From Eledone cirrhosa (Eukaryota): a stretch of 64,000 nucleotides of DNA. A program made the translations under genes and the position numbers. Numbering within the stretch: position 1 is the first letter of the stretch; each line of letters opens with the position of its first letter. The notes beneath the pieces were generated by a model, which was given only the letters and a program-made list of their open reading frames with translations, ran no database searches and was not told where the DNA came from. Shown one piece after another: positions 28,631-43,410 of this stretch. The stretch spans positions 312,728,001 through 312,792,000 of the forward strand of contig OZ024743.1 in assembly GCA_964016885.1 (NCBI GenBank), written 5' to 3'.

Positions 28631-30499
28631 GCTACATTTATATATATATATATAAATAGATATATGATTAGCGATAACACTAAGGGCATAAATCAGAATA
28701 AAGGCATATATGAGACATATATGAAGCCACATACAATATGTTTATGTATAATAAACACACATATAATTTCACCATCAGTATTTTACATTTTGGGTATATC
28801 ACATCTACCTCAATATCACTATAAGCATGTAGTATATCTGTATATAGTGTTCTTAATATCAGTATTGAGGTAGCTGTGCTCATATTCAAGCTTAGAATAC
28901 TCACAGAAAGACTATATATATACTTATTCATATGCCTTTAAATATATCTAATACATATGTGTATTTAGATGAAAGTATTTCAATACTAAATATATGTAAC
29001 AAAATAATGACATGATAATCAGGAAAGGCAATATGTTTGGCACAGCACATATTTAAATAAGTAAAATATATAAGATAAACAAATATTATTATGCTAGAAT
29101 AACAAATCATGATTCTCAGACAAGAAAAATCTTAACAAATGTTCTTTTATAACTACCAACTCTACCAAAAAAATATATTCTACTTATCTGAATTTCTGAG
29201 ACAAGCACTAAAATCCTTTGATACAAAATGAAAGTTTGTGGATTTAATTCAAATTCCAGAATATATATAACTGGAGTTTGATACCTGAAGACCACTGAGA
29301 TTACACAGATCAAAATTTTATGTAAATAATAATATTAGCAATTAATAGGTTTATTAGAATATAACTCTAAGAAATTGATTCCTAACATGTGCACAAGATC
29401 ACAGATTATTGAGGAGGGCACAACCAATTAAATTGACCCCAGTATTTGATTATTGAGGGCATGTATCTTATTGATAAAATTGACCTTAGTACTTGACTGG
29501 TATTTATTGACCCTCGAATTGATGAAAGATCAATTTGATCATGGCATGATTTGAGATTAGAACAAAAACTACAGGAAAGAATTTGTTTATAGGGAAATGT
29601 GAATAGATAGAGTTTCAGAAGAATGCAATTCTGAAGAAGAATGAATACAAGGCTATTTTCCCTGTTAAAGCAGGAGTTAGCCTTGTGGGTTCCATGACAG
29701 GTTACATACGTATCATTAGATCCTCTCAAGGCAATGATTTAGAGATAGATACCTTTCTAGTCACCTCATACAACATGCAAGCACATAGTGTACTTTTTCT
29801 AAACTGGATACACCCAGAATCCAAACAGGAGTGAAAATAGAGAGTATTTGATAGAAAATCTAGATGTGACATAAAGAATGATGAGAAAGTGAATGCAACA
29901 AAAGAGCATTGATGGATATTTTGGCATGGCACAGTGAATAACAAGGTTTCTGTCTGCTGAATTTCACTTACTTAGCTTGGGTCAACCCAAGGCTATCGTA
30001 AATGACATTTGCCAGAGTCAACAGTGGGTCTGAATTCTGGACCTTATGATTGTGAAGTAACCTTCTTAACGATTTGACCATGCTATGTCCAAAAATTAAA
30101 AATATAATAACAAAAAGAATAAAGTTAATATAAAGAATGATGTGCTCAAGTGCAGAGATGCTATAAAATAGCTTATAAAATAGGGGGAAAACCCTTAAAA
30201 GATGGAAAAAGAAGTTGCCATTAACTGCTATGAGGAATTGAATCCCATATCTCCCAGATACCATCTTTCAAGTGTATTCACCCTATTTTATAGCGTCACC
30301 GCACATGAGCATATCATTCTTTAAATTAACTTTATATTCTCGAGTCTGAGATTTTGGCTACATACCTTCTTTGTTTACAAAGAATAACATTTTAAAAATA
30401 TCATTTGAATATTATAATTATTTAGAGGTTTAGCCTCACCTTCAAATAGAAATAATATACTATGTCAATTATGATAGAAGGGGCTTTTTTTTTTATGGA

Positions 30500-30990
30500 T
30501 TTATCACACATCTTCTGCTGATAATAAAGGAATTTTCTCCTTGAATGAATAGTAGATTGCATGATGCTTGTGCTTGTAGTACAATGTAACACAGTACCAT
30601 GAGTATTGAATGTAGAGGATGTGCAAAGGCTGGAAAGAAATGAATCAAGTATGTTTTGTTGAATATTTAATGTCAAGAGACAGATGAGCTGGAAGAATAT
30701 TGGACTGGTACAGACATGTAGTATGTATGGATAAAGAAAAGTGGGTAAAGAATTACCAGGTGATCCAAATGGAAGCAAAGTGTAAAAGATGAAGACTGAA
30801 GATGACTTAGGCAACTGTGGTGAAAGCTGATGTCAGAATGCTGAACCTCAGAAAGAAGATGACAAAGTAATGTGACAAAGGGTGAGGCATTGTCATATAT
30901 AATCTATCCAATACATGCAGACAGGAAAAAAAAAAAAAAAAAGAAAAGCAGACAGAAAAATTATGAAGGAGATGATTGTGATGATGATGA
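30500..30990 (+). mobile_element. Old RTE LINE 3' remnant
   Basis: Degenerate similarity to 16400-16800 (LERNESSM region, wtggtac..acatgta) and a gatgatg tail. Confidence 0.5.
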
Positions 30991-32721
30991 AGAGGAGAAG
31001 TAGGAGGAGGAAGAGGGGGTGGTAAAAGAGTAAAAAAAAAAAAAGAGGAGGAAGTGATGGAGAAGGAAGAGACTGAGGAAGAGGCAGAGGAGAAAGTGAA
31101 GGTGGGAGAGATGACTTGGATAAATACCCTTTCTAAATCATTTTTTGAATAAATTACTCTAATTCAACCATACTGAGTCCATCAATCACTGTTTATGAAT
31201 ATCATATAAATATTTATATGATAGACTAGACTATACAAATAAGGTAATAAACTCCTTGTAAATAATAGACAAATCTTATATTCTCTATATTCTCTATATC
31301 CTCTTGAGTGATTATCTATAATATACTACCATTCATTGCTACCTACACCTCCAAAGATTTGAAACAGTAAAAAATATAGATGAATTTAGTAATATAACAA
31401 ATTCTCATTATTAATTTGGTGTGAAGTTGCATAGCTTAAAGGTTAGAGCATTGGGCTTGCAATCATGAGGTTGTGAGTTTGATGCATTGTGTCCTTGAGC
31501 AAGATATTTTATTTCATGTTGCTCCAGTAGAATGAGCACTTGAGAAATGAAATACAACATCACTGGTACCAAGCTGTCTTGGCCATTGGCTTTCCTTTGG
31601 ACAACATCAATGGCATGGATATTTATGCAGGCATGGTGAGCCACATATATTCTAGCCATTAGAAAAATCAAAATGAATGCTTCACCTTCAAAAGAGGGGT
31701 GACTCAAGAAGTTGGTGTTTGAAATATAACTCAACAAAGGTTCTTCATAATATAATCAATGATGGAAGGGTTTTAGATAAATATAAACACTTTAAATAAA
31801 ACAGTGCAGTTTCAGTCAGTTTGATATCAGAAAGTTTAAAGCCTAATTAGCCCATTTAATATTAAACTTTTTTAATTTACTCTTGTTTCTATGATATTAA
31901 ACTGTTTATGTTAAAGTATTTAAATGTGGTCGGCATTAGGAAGGACATTCAGCCATAGAAACCAAGACAGAAACAGTTCTGTATGAACAAGACTTGGTCA
32001 CCTGTCTAACCAATGCTAGCATGGAAAATGGATGTTAAACAGTGATGATGATGATTTATATTTAGCTAAAAACTTTCCATAATTCCTTGTAAAATCCTTT
32101 GGTAAGTTATGTTCTAAACACTAGTTTAATAATGAGAAAGTTAGTTATATTAAGTTACTATCTTAGCAATGAAATAATTAATAATTTTAGTAAATCCTGA
32201 AAGCTTCTTCATTAATTAATTGAAATAAAGTGTAGATCGTTAGGAAATGGTCACAAAAGAGTCAATTTCATATATTACCTCGCATATCTAATAATCAACT
32301 GAAAAAAGACAGCAAACAACATCAGAATTACTACTAGGTAACATATTTGTAACAATACTACAAGAATAGAACATTAACTCTTTTCATACTAAACTACCTC
32401 TGTTTGTTTTAAAATGTTTATATTAATCTATAAACCTTCCATCAAAATTTTATGTAAAAGATTTTATGCTCCAAATACCAACTAACTAAATAATGAGAAA
32501 GTTGTTAAATCACTAAAACTTCTTTATTTTCAAAATTATTTGAAAAATTTGAGCAGTATATTTCATGAAAAATATGGTAAAAGGGTTTAAAAACAAGTGA
32601 ATGACAAAACTGTGAAACACAAAGTGGATAGATTTTGTTATATATAAATTATAAATATAATCAATTGGATGGTAAATTATTAAAACATATATTTAATTTT
32701 AATATTACATCATATGTATGC

Positions 32722-32758
<37 letters not shown>

Positions 32759-33362
32759 TAGAGAATTTAAATCGATTTGTTGACAGAGGCCAACGTGAAT
32801 TATCGATTTCACTATCTATGCAACTGCTCTACAACTGCCAAAACCATGACTGGAAATTACTCTTGGAGCATATCACACTGATTCGTTCATAGCACTGCAG
32901 TACCCATGTAAAATGAACAGGCAGATTACAATTAGAGAAAACATAAGAAATCCAACAGTTTAACAAATATATATATATATATATGGGAAAAGAGTCAGGA
33001 CCCCGATGGCTGAGCTCCGGCTGTTTTGACAGCTATATAACTGCCTAAACGGCCGGAGCTCAGCCGTCGGGGTCCTGACTCTTTTCCTATTACCCACTCT
33101 ACTACCCATAGTATTGAGTACTTTGGTGCATTATGGTACACCTGGTTCCTTACCACACTTCTTTTGTTATATATATATATACAAATACATACAAGTGTGT
33201 GTATATATATATATATATATATACACACACATATACAATTATATATATACATACATATACATATATATATATATATATACATATATATATAGATACATAT
33301 ATATATATACATATATATATACATATATATACATACATATATATATATATATACATACACAC

Positions 33363-33393
<31 letters not shown>

Positions 33394-33695
33394 TATATAT
33401 ACATACATATATACACACATATATATATTCATTTACACACACATATATATGAATTGTTTACATTAATAAAATCTCATAAAACCTGATTGAACAATATTTC
33501 ATCAATATAAAATATTACCAGTCATAGTGATGACACACACACATACCAACAGTCTGCCTCATAGTCTGGTGATTAATTATTTTATTGTTGCGGCTTTGGT
33601 GTCCTAGCAGCCTTAATTTTAACCTATTACTAGAAACTTAATACATTGATATGTATGGAAATAAATTGAACCTGCAAGCTCAAGCAGTCCAGGTC

Positions 33696-36090
33696 CAACA
33701 ATAATTGACTATATCCCACCAACCCAACAATGTTTGACTATATCCCACCAACCCAACAATGTTTGACTATATCCCACCAACCCAGTATTTTAGTACCAAC
33801 AATGTTTGACTATATCCCACCAACTCAACAATGTTTGACTATATTCCACCAACCCAACAATGTTTGACTATATCCCACCAACCCAACAATGTTTGACTAT
33901 ATCCCACCAACCCAGTATTTTAGTACCAACAATGTTTGACTATATCCCACCAACCCAACAATGTTTGACTATATCCCACCAACCCAACAATGTTTGACTA
34001 TATCCCACCAACCCAGTATTTTAGTACCAACAATGTTTGACTATATTCCACCAACTCAACAATGTTTGACTATATCCCACCAACCCAACAATGTTTGACT
34101 ATATCCCACCAACCCAACAATGTTTGACTATATCCCACCAACCCAGTATTTTAGTACCAACAATGTTTGACTATATCCCACCAACCCAACAATGTTTGAC
34201 TATATCCCACCAACCCAACAATGTTTGACTATATCCCACCAACTCAACAATGTTTGACTATATTCCACCAACCCAACAATAATTGACTATATCCCACCAA
34301 CCCAACAATGTTTGACTATATCCCACCAACTCAACAATGTTTGACTATATTCCACCAACCCAACAATGTTTGACTATATCCCACCAACCCAACAGTGTTT
34401 GACTATATCCCACCAACTCAACAATGTTTGACTATATTCCACCAACCCAACAATGTTTAACTATATCCCACCAACCCAGTATTTTAGTACCAACAATGTT
34501 TGACTATATTCCACCAACCCAACAATAATTGACTATATCCCACCAACCCAACAATGTTTGACTATATCTCACCAACCCAACAATGTTTGACTATATCCCA
34601 CCAACCCAACAATGTTTAACTATATCCCACCAACCCAGTATTTTAGTACCAACAATGTTTGACTATATTCCACCAACCCAACAATAATTGACTATATCCC
34701 ACCAACCCAACAATGTTTGACTATATCTCACCAACCCAACAATGTTTGACTATATCCCACCAACCCAACAATGTTTGACTATATCCCACCAACCCAGTAT
34801 TTAGTACCAACAATAATTGACTATATCCCACCAACCCAACAATGTTTGACTATATCCCACCAACTCAACAATAATTGACTATATCCCACCAACCCAACAA
34901 TAATTGACTATATCCCACCAACACAGTATTTTAGTACCAACAATAATTGACTATATCCCACCAACCCAACAATAATTGACTATATCCCACCAACTCAACA
35001 ATGTTTGACTATATCCCACCAACCCAACAATAATTGACTATATCCCACCAACCCAACAATGTTTGACTATATCCCACCAACCCAGTATTTAGTACCAACA
35101 ATAATTGACTATATCCCACCAACCCAACAATAATTCACTATATCCCACCAACCCAGTATTTAGTACCAACAATAATTCACTATATCCCACCAACCCAGTA
35201 TTTAGTACCAACAATGTTTGACTATATCCCACCAACCCAACAATGTTTGACTATATCCCACGAACCCAGTATTTTAGTACCAACAATAATTGACTATATC
35301 TCACCAACCCAACAATAATTGACTATATCCCACCAACCCAACAATAATTGACTATATCCCACCAACACAGGATTTTAGTACCAACAATAATTGACTATAT
35401 CCCACCAACCCAACAATAATTGACTATATCCCACCAACCCAACAATGTTTGACTATATCCCACCAACCCAACAATAATTGACTATATCTCACCAACCCAA
35501 CAATAATTGACTATATCCCACTAACCCAGTATTTTAGTACCAACAATGTTTGACTATATCCCACCAACCCAACAATGTTTGACTATATCTCACCAACCCA
35601 ACAATGTTTGACTATATTCCACCAACCCAACAATGTTTGACTATATTCCACCAACCCAACAATGTTTGACTATATCCCACCAACCCAACAATGTTTGACT
35701 ATATCCCACCAACCCAACAATGTTTGACTATATCTCACCAACCCAGTATTTAGTACCAACAATGTTTGACTATATCTCACCAACCCAACAATGTTTGACT
35801 ATATCTCACCAACCCAACAATGTTTGACTATATTCCACCAACCCAACAATGTTTGACTATATCTCACCTAGTATTCTAGTACTGACAATATTTAACTATA
35901 TCCTGCCATGGTAGTATTCTGGCACCAACAATATTTGACTATGCCCTACCATCCCATGATTGACTATTTTCCACCAACCCAACAATGTTTGACTATGCCC
36001 TACTAATCCAGTTTTGCAGGTACCAACAATGACTATATCTTACCAACTGTTTTTTAGGTACCAACAATGTTTGAGTATATGCCACCAACC
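33696..36090. repeat. Minisatellite with a 29-bp unit (ccaacaatgtttgactatatcccaccaac) and interspersed 42-43-bp variants carrying ccagtattttagta
   Basis: Directly visible period of 29; the array degenerates after about 35870. Confidence 0.97.
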
Positions 36091-37689
36091 TAGTATCCTG
36101 TCACACACTTCTGTTAACTACTGTTATTTACACCATATTCTATACAACTCAGCAATAGTTTTACATCATTGCGTTAACCTGAGATCTTCAGTAAAGCAGT
36201 GATGTCATTTTTGTCAAGTCTGTACACCTATTAACTTCTTTATCTGGTTTCATTTACAAACATCTTTTCTTTTTGTTTTACTGATTTTCATGCAGTTGCC
36301 CAAGGGGAGGGGGTGGGCAGGGTTCAAACAATTAAATAACTAATAATACTATCAATAATTTCTAAGTATTAGTATTAAGGGTAAAAATATCTGAAAAAGA
36401 TTAAATTTCTATAATTTGTTAAAAAAATACATAACTTTAAAGTTTCATCAGTGAGGAACATATTATGAGTATAATTGAAAGATAGTAAAGAGATAGAAAT
36501 CAATTGAATATTCATATTACAGTGTATGTGATAAAAGTAACTAGCATTGAAAATAAAAAGTAATATTAAAATGAAATATCTTTGCAGATAAAAACTGCAG
36601 AAAGTGACTTGTACTGTGTTGTCTAAAGTATAGTTGACATATGAAAATGGAAAGAAGCGGTAGCAGTAATTACAGTGGGTATGAAAAGGAAAGATGGTAG
36701 TGATGTAGAAAGGTTTGTAAAGATACTTTGAATAGTCAAAGAAAAGAATAGTAATACAAGACCAAATTTTAACATCTTACAGAGAGAAAATATTATTTAT
36801 TGTTTTAACCCATTTGATACCAAACCACCTGTAATATGAGACTGCCTATTTCAAAATCTTCATATTTATCTAAAAATATTCCAACATAATTTTATGTAAA
36901 AACCTTTATTATGTTCCAAGCATCATCCTAATACCAATGAAGTTATTTGTATTACTACATCCTTCCAAATTCTTGATAATTTTCAAGAATATTTGAAAAT
37001 TATAGGCAGTGTCTTTCATATGGTATCTGAAGGGTGAAATAATAACTGTCAGAGGACTGAATATTAAAAACAAGAACAGAAACTCTAAAAGAATAAAGAC
37101 AAAGAAGATGGACAGAGATAAAAAGAGCAGTTGAACGATTTTGATACAAAACCACTTAAAATAACCCATAGGGTTTCAATACAAAGAGGTTTATGTTAAA
37201 GTGTTTTTATTTATCTAAAAACTTTCCATCAGAATTTTATATATACACCTTTGAAAAGTTATGTTCCAAATACCAGCTTAATAATGAAAAAATTAGTAAT
37301 ATTACCAAATCCTTCAAATTCTTAATTATTTTCAACATTAATCTGAAAATCATAGGCAGTGCCTTTCATTAGGATTATGGTAATGATAAGACATTCAGAC
37401 CTTATAGAATCTTACTAACTTTTATCTACATTTACAAAGAATGATAAGGAATGATGTACAAGAAATATATTTTGGACTATACCCTACTACTGGAAACTTA
37501 ATACATTGAACCTGCAAGCCCTGTATTTCAGGTCCAACACTGTTTGACTATATCCTACTCAATATTTTTTCTTCTTCTTGCTTGACAATGCCGAGGTCAT
37601 CCTAAGCCAGTGATCCCAAAGCATCATCAGTACTAATAATGTTATAAGAAAAAGATGTGCAAAAAAGAATTAAAAAAAGAAACCTCAGC

Positions 37690-37920
37690 AGGACAGCATA
37701 TCTTAGCTGTGCTTTGCTGACAAGAGAGTAAAAGTGTTGCTGCTGAGAATAGCCAGAGATACCTGCTGCATCTTTCATTCCACTTTAGGGGCTCATTCAT
37801 CAGGTATGATGCTCTCATACTAATTTGGAAGAGGGATAGAGCAGTGCAGTAATTGAGGACACCAGATGTCTCAATAGTGACCAGCACAAAATTATACAAG
37901 TTTAGAAAATGTTTGAGAAG
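37690..37920 (-). mobile_element. Degenerate CRE-like RLE retrotransposon C-terminal fragment
   Basis: YNFVLVTIETSGV followed, after a frameshift, by QVSLAILSSN; resembles the F.P.A.ET.G...QR.S.AI.RGN terminus of CRE-clade elements. Confidence 0.5.
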
Positions 37921-40165
37921 TGAGATAGTATGATGATGTGAGGGTTGTTAAAAACAATATCTCAATGTCACTGATGTCCAAGTGAAAGACCACGGCTGAT
38001 ACAGTTTTGTACCAGTGACATCACAACTCATTTCTACAGCTGAGTGAACTGGAGCAACATGAAATAAAATGTCTTTCTCAAGGGGACAACACACCATTTG
38101 GTTCAGGAATCCAACTCACAACTTCACAATTGTGAATCCAACACTCTAACCACTAAGCCATGCATTTTCATATATAAGCATGTCAAATTTATTTCCCTGT
38201 AGATTGAAAAAGTGATGACATTCCGTAATAGATATTACCCTATAACTATTTTATAAATACACATCTATATTTAATCTTGGTGGAGAATTTTTAGCAGTTT
38301 GGAATGAATGTGTAGCTGACTAGGGTAATTTTAAAAATCTTTTTGATACCAAACTGTCTGTAATTGCCACTGCTTCTATGAAATGGTTAAGACTTCATCA
38401 GGATTAATTTAGCTTCTCTTCCCAATCTATCAATGATAGTGGGTTAAGTGTAGTCATTTAAATAGAAACTAGGATGTCCTTAGGCATAACTTAATTTACA
38501 ATGGTAAGAAGCTCTCAAGAGAGCTGGACAGCAGAAGGTCTTCAAAGAAGAAGCCCTGCTCAAGTAAGTGTTTCAGTTCTTAACTGATAATCAGACAATA
38601 ATTATTAGAATGGGTTATGAAATAGTCTTGTTTCATTTCCCCTAAATTCTTCAGGCAAAAGCTCAAAAATTTAACTCTTTTGACATCAAATATCTAAAGC
38701 ATGTAGTTCTCTGATACAGCACTGTCTTAAAGCATGGATATATTCATCATAATTTTATATAACAATCTTTACGATGTTCCAGATATCAGCTAATTAATGA
38801 AAACATGAATTATTTTCTAAATCCTTCCAAATTCTTGATTATTTTAAAAATTAACTAACAACCATAGGCAGTGTTTGTCATAAAAAATAAGATAGGCTGT
38901 ATATATCGGAAACAATTGACAAGATTCCAGACCTCATTCGCTTACTGAGTGGGTAGAACTCATCAAATCAGACCAAGAAAATAATGTTTCCATTGGTCTT
39001 TCCATTTCTGATACTATCTACCAGTCGCAACTCCTGGCAGAAAGAGCAATGTGAAATGAAGTGTCTTGCTCAAGGACATAATGCAATCGGCTAGTCCGGG
39101 AATTGAACACGCAATCTCATAGTTGCAAATCCAATTCTCTAACCACTACACTACATGCCTTCACATTAAAAATATGGTAATGGAAGGTTTAATTATGTGT
39201 AATATATGATGAGTTCCAAAGATCTAAAAGTGTTATCTTTCACAATTTAAAATTTATAAAGTTTTTTCAAAGAAAATTCCATGTTGGTATTTGACTAGTG
39301 TCAGTTCTGACAACAGTCAGCTCATGAAATTATCTTGCAAGTGGTTGAGAATTCCATAGATATATGTACTTATAATGCAATTATTAGGGAGATTCAGTAT
39401 GATACAGTGTGCAACAAGGAGAGCTTTTGTATTACAGGTACAACTCATTTTTGCCAGTTGAGTGAAGTTAATATATTCTTTATTATGGCTAAGTGGTGAG
39501 TCTTGTTAACCTGGAGTTTCACTTATACACTCATAGAATCACTAGATGTTCCTATGACTGCATAGGTGAAACTCCAGAGTAACAACACTCATCACTTAGC
39601 CATAATAATGAATATATATATATGGATGTGTGTATATATATATATATAAATGATGCAATGATGTACTGCCTACTGCATATACATATATATATATATAGTG
39701 GGAAAAACCAGGAGGTTATATTTGAAGTTGTAGAGCACTCAGTCCAAAGGATGAGTTTGGTATAGAGTTAGTTCCACAACAAATTAACAGAAAGTATGGT
39801 TTGCTAATTTGTTGAGGAACTGACTCTCTCTCTCTGTATGTGTATATATATATATATATATATATGCAAAATTTATGAATCTATAAATTTAAATATTGCA
39901 GCACTAAAAATAATTCCCCTAACTACATTACCAAATAAAATACGTATTGAGTTAGTTTTACATAGAACATGTATTGTTTATTTTAATAAGCTAAAACTGT
40001 ATGTTAAGATATGGGTGAGGAAAAAATGTTTAAGATGTGAATAACCAAGAATAAGTCATTAGAACTTATTAAGTGACCATTTCAGAGGAGTTAAACATCA
40101 AACAATATCCTGAAAATAGATATTTTTGAATAAATAATACAACGTATTAACATATAGATGAAAAG

Positions 40166-40229
<64 letters not shown>

Positions 40230-41067
40230 GTATATTTATGTATATATATATATTTTTAGGTATATATATATAAGTTTTTTTAGTATGTATATATAGATAG
40301 AGAGATATAATTTTAAAAGAATTTAACACTATGTACAACTAATATCAGATAATTCTAAACAAAAAACATTTGAGAAATAGCATAAAATGATAGGAGTTAA
40401 TAACAATACATGTTTAAATAAGACATGTTAGAAAATAATGTAAGGTATTATTTAATTTATAATGAAATTTTTAAACAAATTGGATTAAATGTTTTTTTAA
40501 AACTAACAAGAAAACAAACAAGTCAAACAAAATAACTGTCAACTATGTAATTATTACATTTCTATAGTAAGCATCTAAATTTTTGTGTAACCATAAAGAC
40601 TATGTTAAAAGTAAAAGACCCAAAAAACACACACAAATGAAGAAAACTCAACATATATATAACTGGAAACTTACTAAACCTTTTGAACTTTAAACCAAGA
40701 TATAATAAAAAATATGAATACTAAATCAATAAGGGCAATACTCTTAAATACACAATGAATATATTGAGAACAAGACTCAGGAAATCTGTTGAAAAGTTTC
40801 TAGTAGTCTCTATTAGTCTCTGACTTATTTATCTTCTAACTATTGTATCTGTATGTATGTATGCATGTGTATGGATGCAATCTAATTTAGACAAGTGTTG
40901 TAAAGGAAGACAAGGAAAAATCCAGTCACACCAGTGCATAAAAAAGGTAGCTTTTGCATGTTCCTGGTTGGTTCAAATGAGGTCTCTGTAATTATTCTAA
41001 GGTTACAACTTACTTTATGTAACTGAAACAGGTAGATCAGGTCTAATAAGTTCTTTTTATCATTACC

Positions 41068-41142
<75 letters not shown>

Positions 41143-41381
41143 TAAATGTTAGAGAAAACAATACCAAATTCTTGAACAAATATATTTAATGGCTAACAAT
41201 TGTTTCGGAAACCATATCTGTATTCTGCACATACAGATGATAATTATATATAATTCTCAGAACTAATTTCTTATCTCTCCTTCTCGATTAGTTTGTATGC
41301 ATAATTTATATATATATATATATTTCGTTTCTGAATTTGTTTAGCAAGATTCTTTATCTGAAAATGTGTGTTGAAACCGAT

Positions 41382-41723
41382 ATTGTTATACTTTGGGAGG
41401 GTCATGTTGCCAATAAGAAAAACATGCACCAGTTGCTTTCACTTCAATTTATTATAAATTTTATAAATTTCCTGTTGGTTGGTTGGTTGGTTGGTTCCAC
41501 AACCGGATGGTTGTTCATATATTGTCAAAGTTCTTTCGTCACACATTCTGTGACCACTTCAGTGACTGGGGATTCTTTTCTTTTGAAGAGGTCACAGAAT
41601 GTGTGACGAAAGAACTTTGACATATGAACAACCATCCGGTTGTGGAACCAACCCACCAACCGGAAATTTATACGTGTGTTTATGCGTGTGTTTCTTATTA
41701 GCAACATGACCCTCCCAAAGTAT

Positions 41724-41730
<7 letters not shown>
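41382..41730. mobile_element. Penelope-like inverted-repeat cassette with two degenerate hammerheads (41523-41566 minus, 41583-41622 plus)
   Basis: Arms of about 150 bp ending tattgttatactttgggagggtcatgttgc / gcaacatgaccctcccaaagtataacaata; same family as 10867-11225 and the fragment 19728-19760. Confidence 0.65.
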
Positions 41731-41787
<57 letters not shown>

Positions 41788-43143
41788 GTTACTAATTTAA
41801 AATTATTTAAAATTTTACAAATAATATTGATAAATCAATATCGAAATAATATATATTAATAATGGTTTCTGATTTAAGCAAAAGGACAACAAATTTTGGG
41901 AGCAGGAAAAATCGATTAAATCGACCCCAGTGTGTTAATGATACTTTATTTTATCAACCCTGTAAGGATGAAAGGCAAAACTTACATCAGTGGGATTTGA
42001 ACTCAGAACGTAAAGGGACATAACTATATAGTAATAATAATTGTTTCTACTTTTCGCACAAGGCCAGTAATTACCCAGTGCATAATAATAATATTAGTAG
42101 ATTCCTTTTATATCAAATCAGCTGAAACCAGCCCTGGTTCTGTGAGTCAAAAATGTTTATTTTGAAGTGTTTATATTTATTTAAACACCTTCTATCATAA
42201 TTATTTTTAAGGACGTTTGTTAAGTTACTTTCCAAGCTTAATAATTACAAAGTTAGTTATATTACTAAATGCTTCCAAAACTGAATATTTATACGTCATG
42301 AAAGAGGAGGGAAGAGTAGAATTGAGGAGATTGTGTTCAGAATATGGAGAACGTTACATCATATTGTTATGTAAGATATCATGTACAGAACTGATAAAAC
42401 AGGAAATAAACGTAGAAAACTTAGAACATAGGGTAGAACCTAGATTTCAGAAGGAAGAAGATAAAACATAATATAGAAATAACTTTAAAACATAGGAAAA
42501 GGTGAGGATGGTTTTGTTGTTTTTTATTTTATTTTTTTTAGGAAGACAGATGAAAGTTTTGAAATATTGAAAAATGAAATAAAAATAGATGAATGTTTTG
42601 GAATGTTGGAAAATTATATAAAAATAGATAAATGCTTTGAAGTGTTGAACAATTAGATAAAAAAGTATAGGGAAAAGCAAAGGCCGATACAGCTTGGCGC
42701 CAGTGTAGTCACAGGCAAATTCCCGATGCAAAGGGTCAAAAGTGATACTATCATGCTTTAATGTTTGATGCATTAACAATTCCACTAATCTTCCATTGTG
42801 AACAGGTACTTTATTTACTGACCCCAAAAAGAAGAAAACCAAATAGGAAAAAGCCAGAACAAATACTGTCAAAACAAATGATTTCACTTTTTTAATGTAT
42901 GGCACAAAATATCCATTCTTTTGGTTTTTAATTAATTAAGAACTGATTAATGAAGATGTAGCTGAGAACTCTGGAATATATATAATGATAATAATGTATG
43001 AGGAGAGAGAATACACAAATAGGTTTAGGTGGAAATAAATATATTTCTTAACTAATGGAATTTTTAATATTTATTTTTCTTTTTATTTATTGTTGTCTTT
43101 ATTTCCTCCCTTCAGACACGCACAGATATATACACAGAAGCTC

Positions 43144-43282
43144 AAACATACACCATGTACACACAAACATACACCATGTACACACAAACATACACCATGT
43201 ACACACATACATACACCATGTACACACATACATACACATGCTAGTTTCTAATATTACAAACATACACCATGTACACACACAC
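43144..43282. repeat. 21-bp tandem repeat aaacatacaccatgtacacac
   Basis: 4-5 directly visible copies. Confidence 0.85.
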
Positions 43283-43378
43283 GCTAGTCACTAATATCAC
43301 AAATTAACAGTTATGTTGATAATTAGAATGGGTGATGATAGTTTAAATGCAGATATAGGGGGAAAAAATAATAATAAT

Positions 43379-43410
<32 letters not shown>

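Noticed and set aside
33696-36090. CRISPR-like appearance of the 29-bp repeat array
   Set aside because: Units are directly tandem; the only intervening sequence is one recurring 13-14-mer, with no unique spacers, no cas genes and a eukaryotic context. It is not a coding repeat either: 29 is not a multiple of 3 and stops recur.
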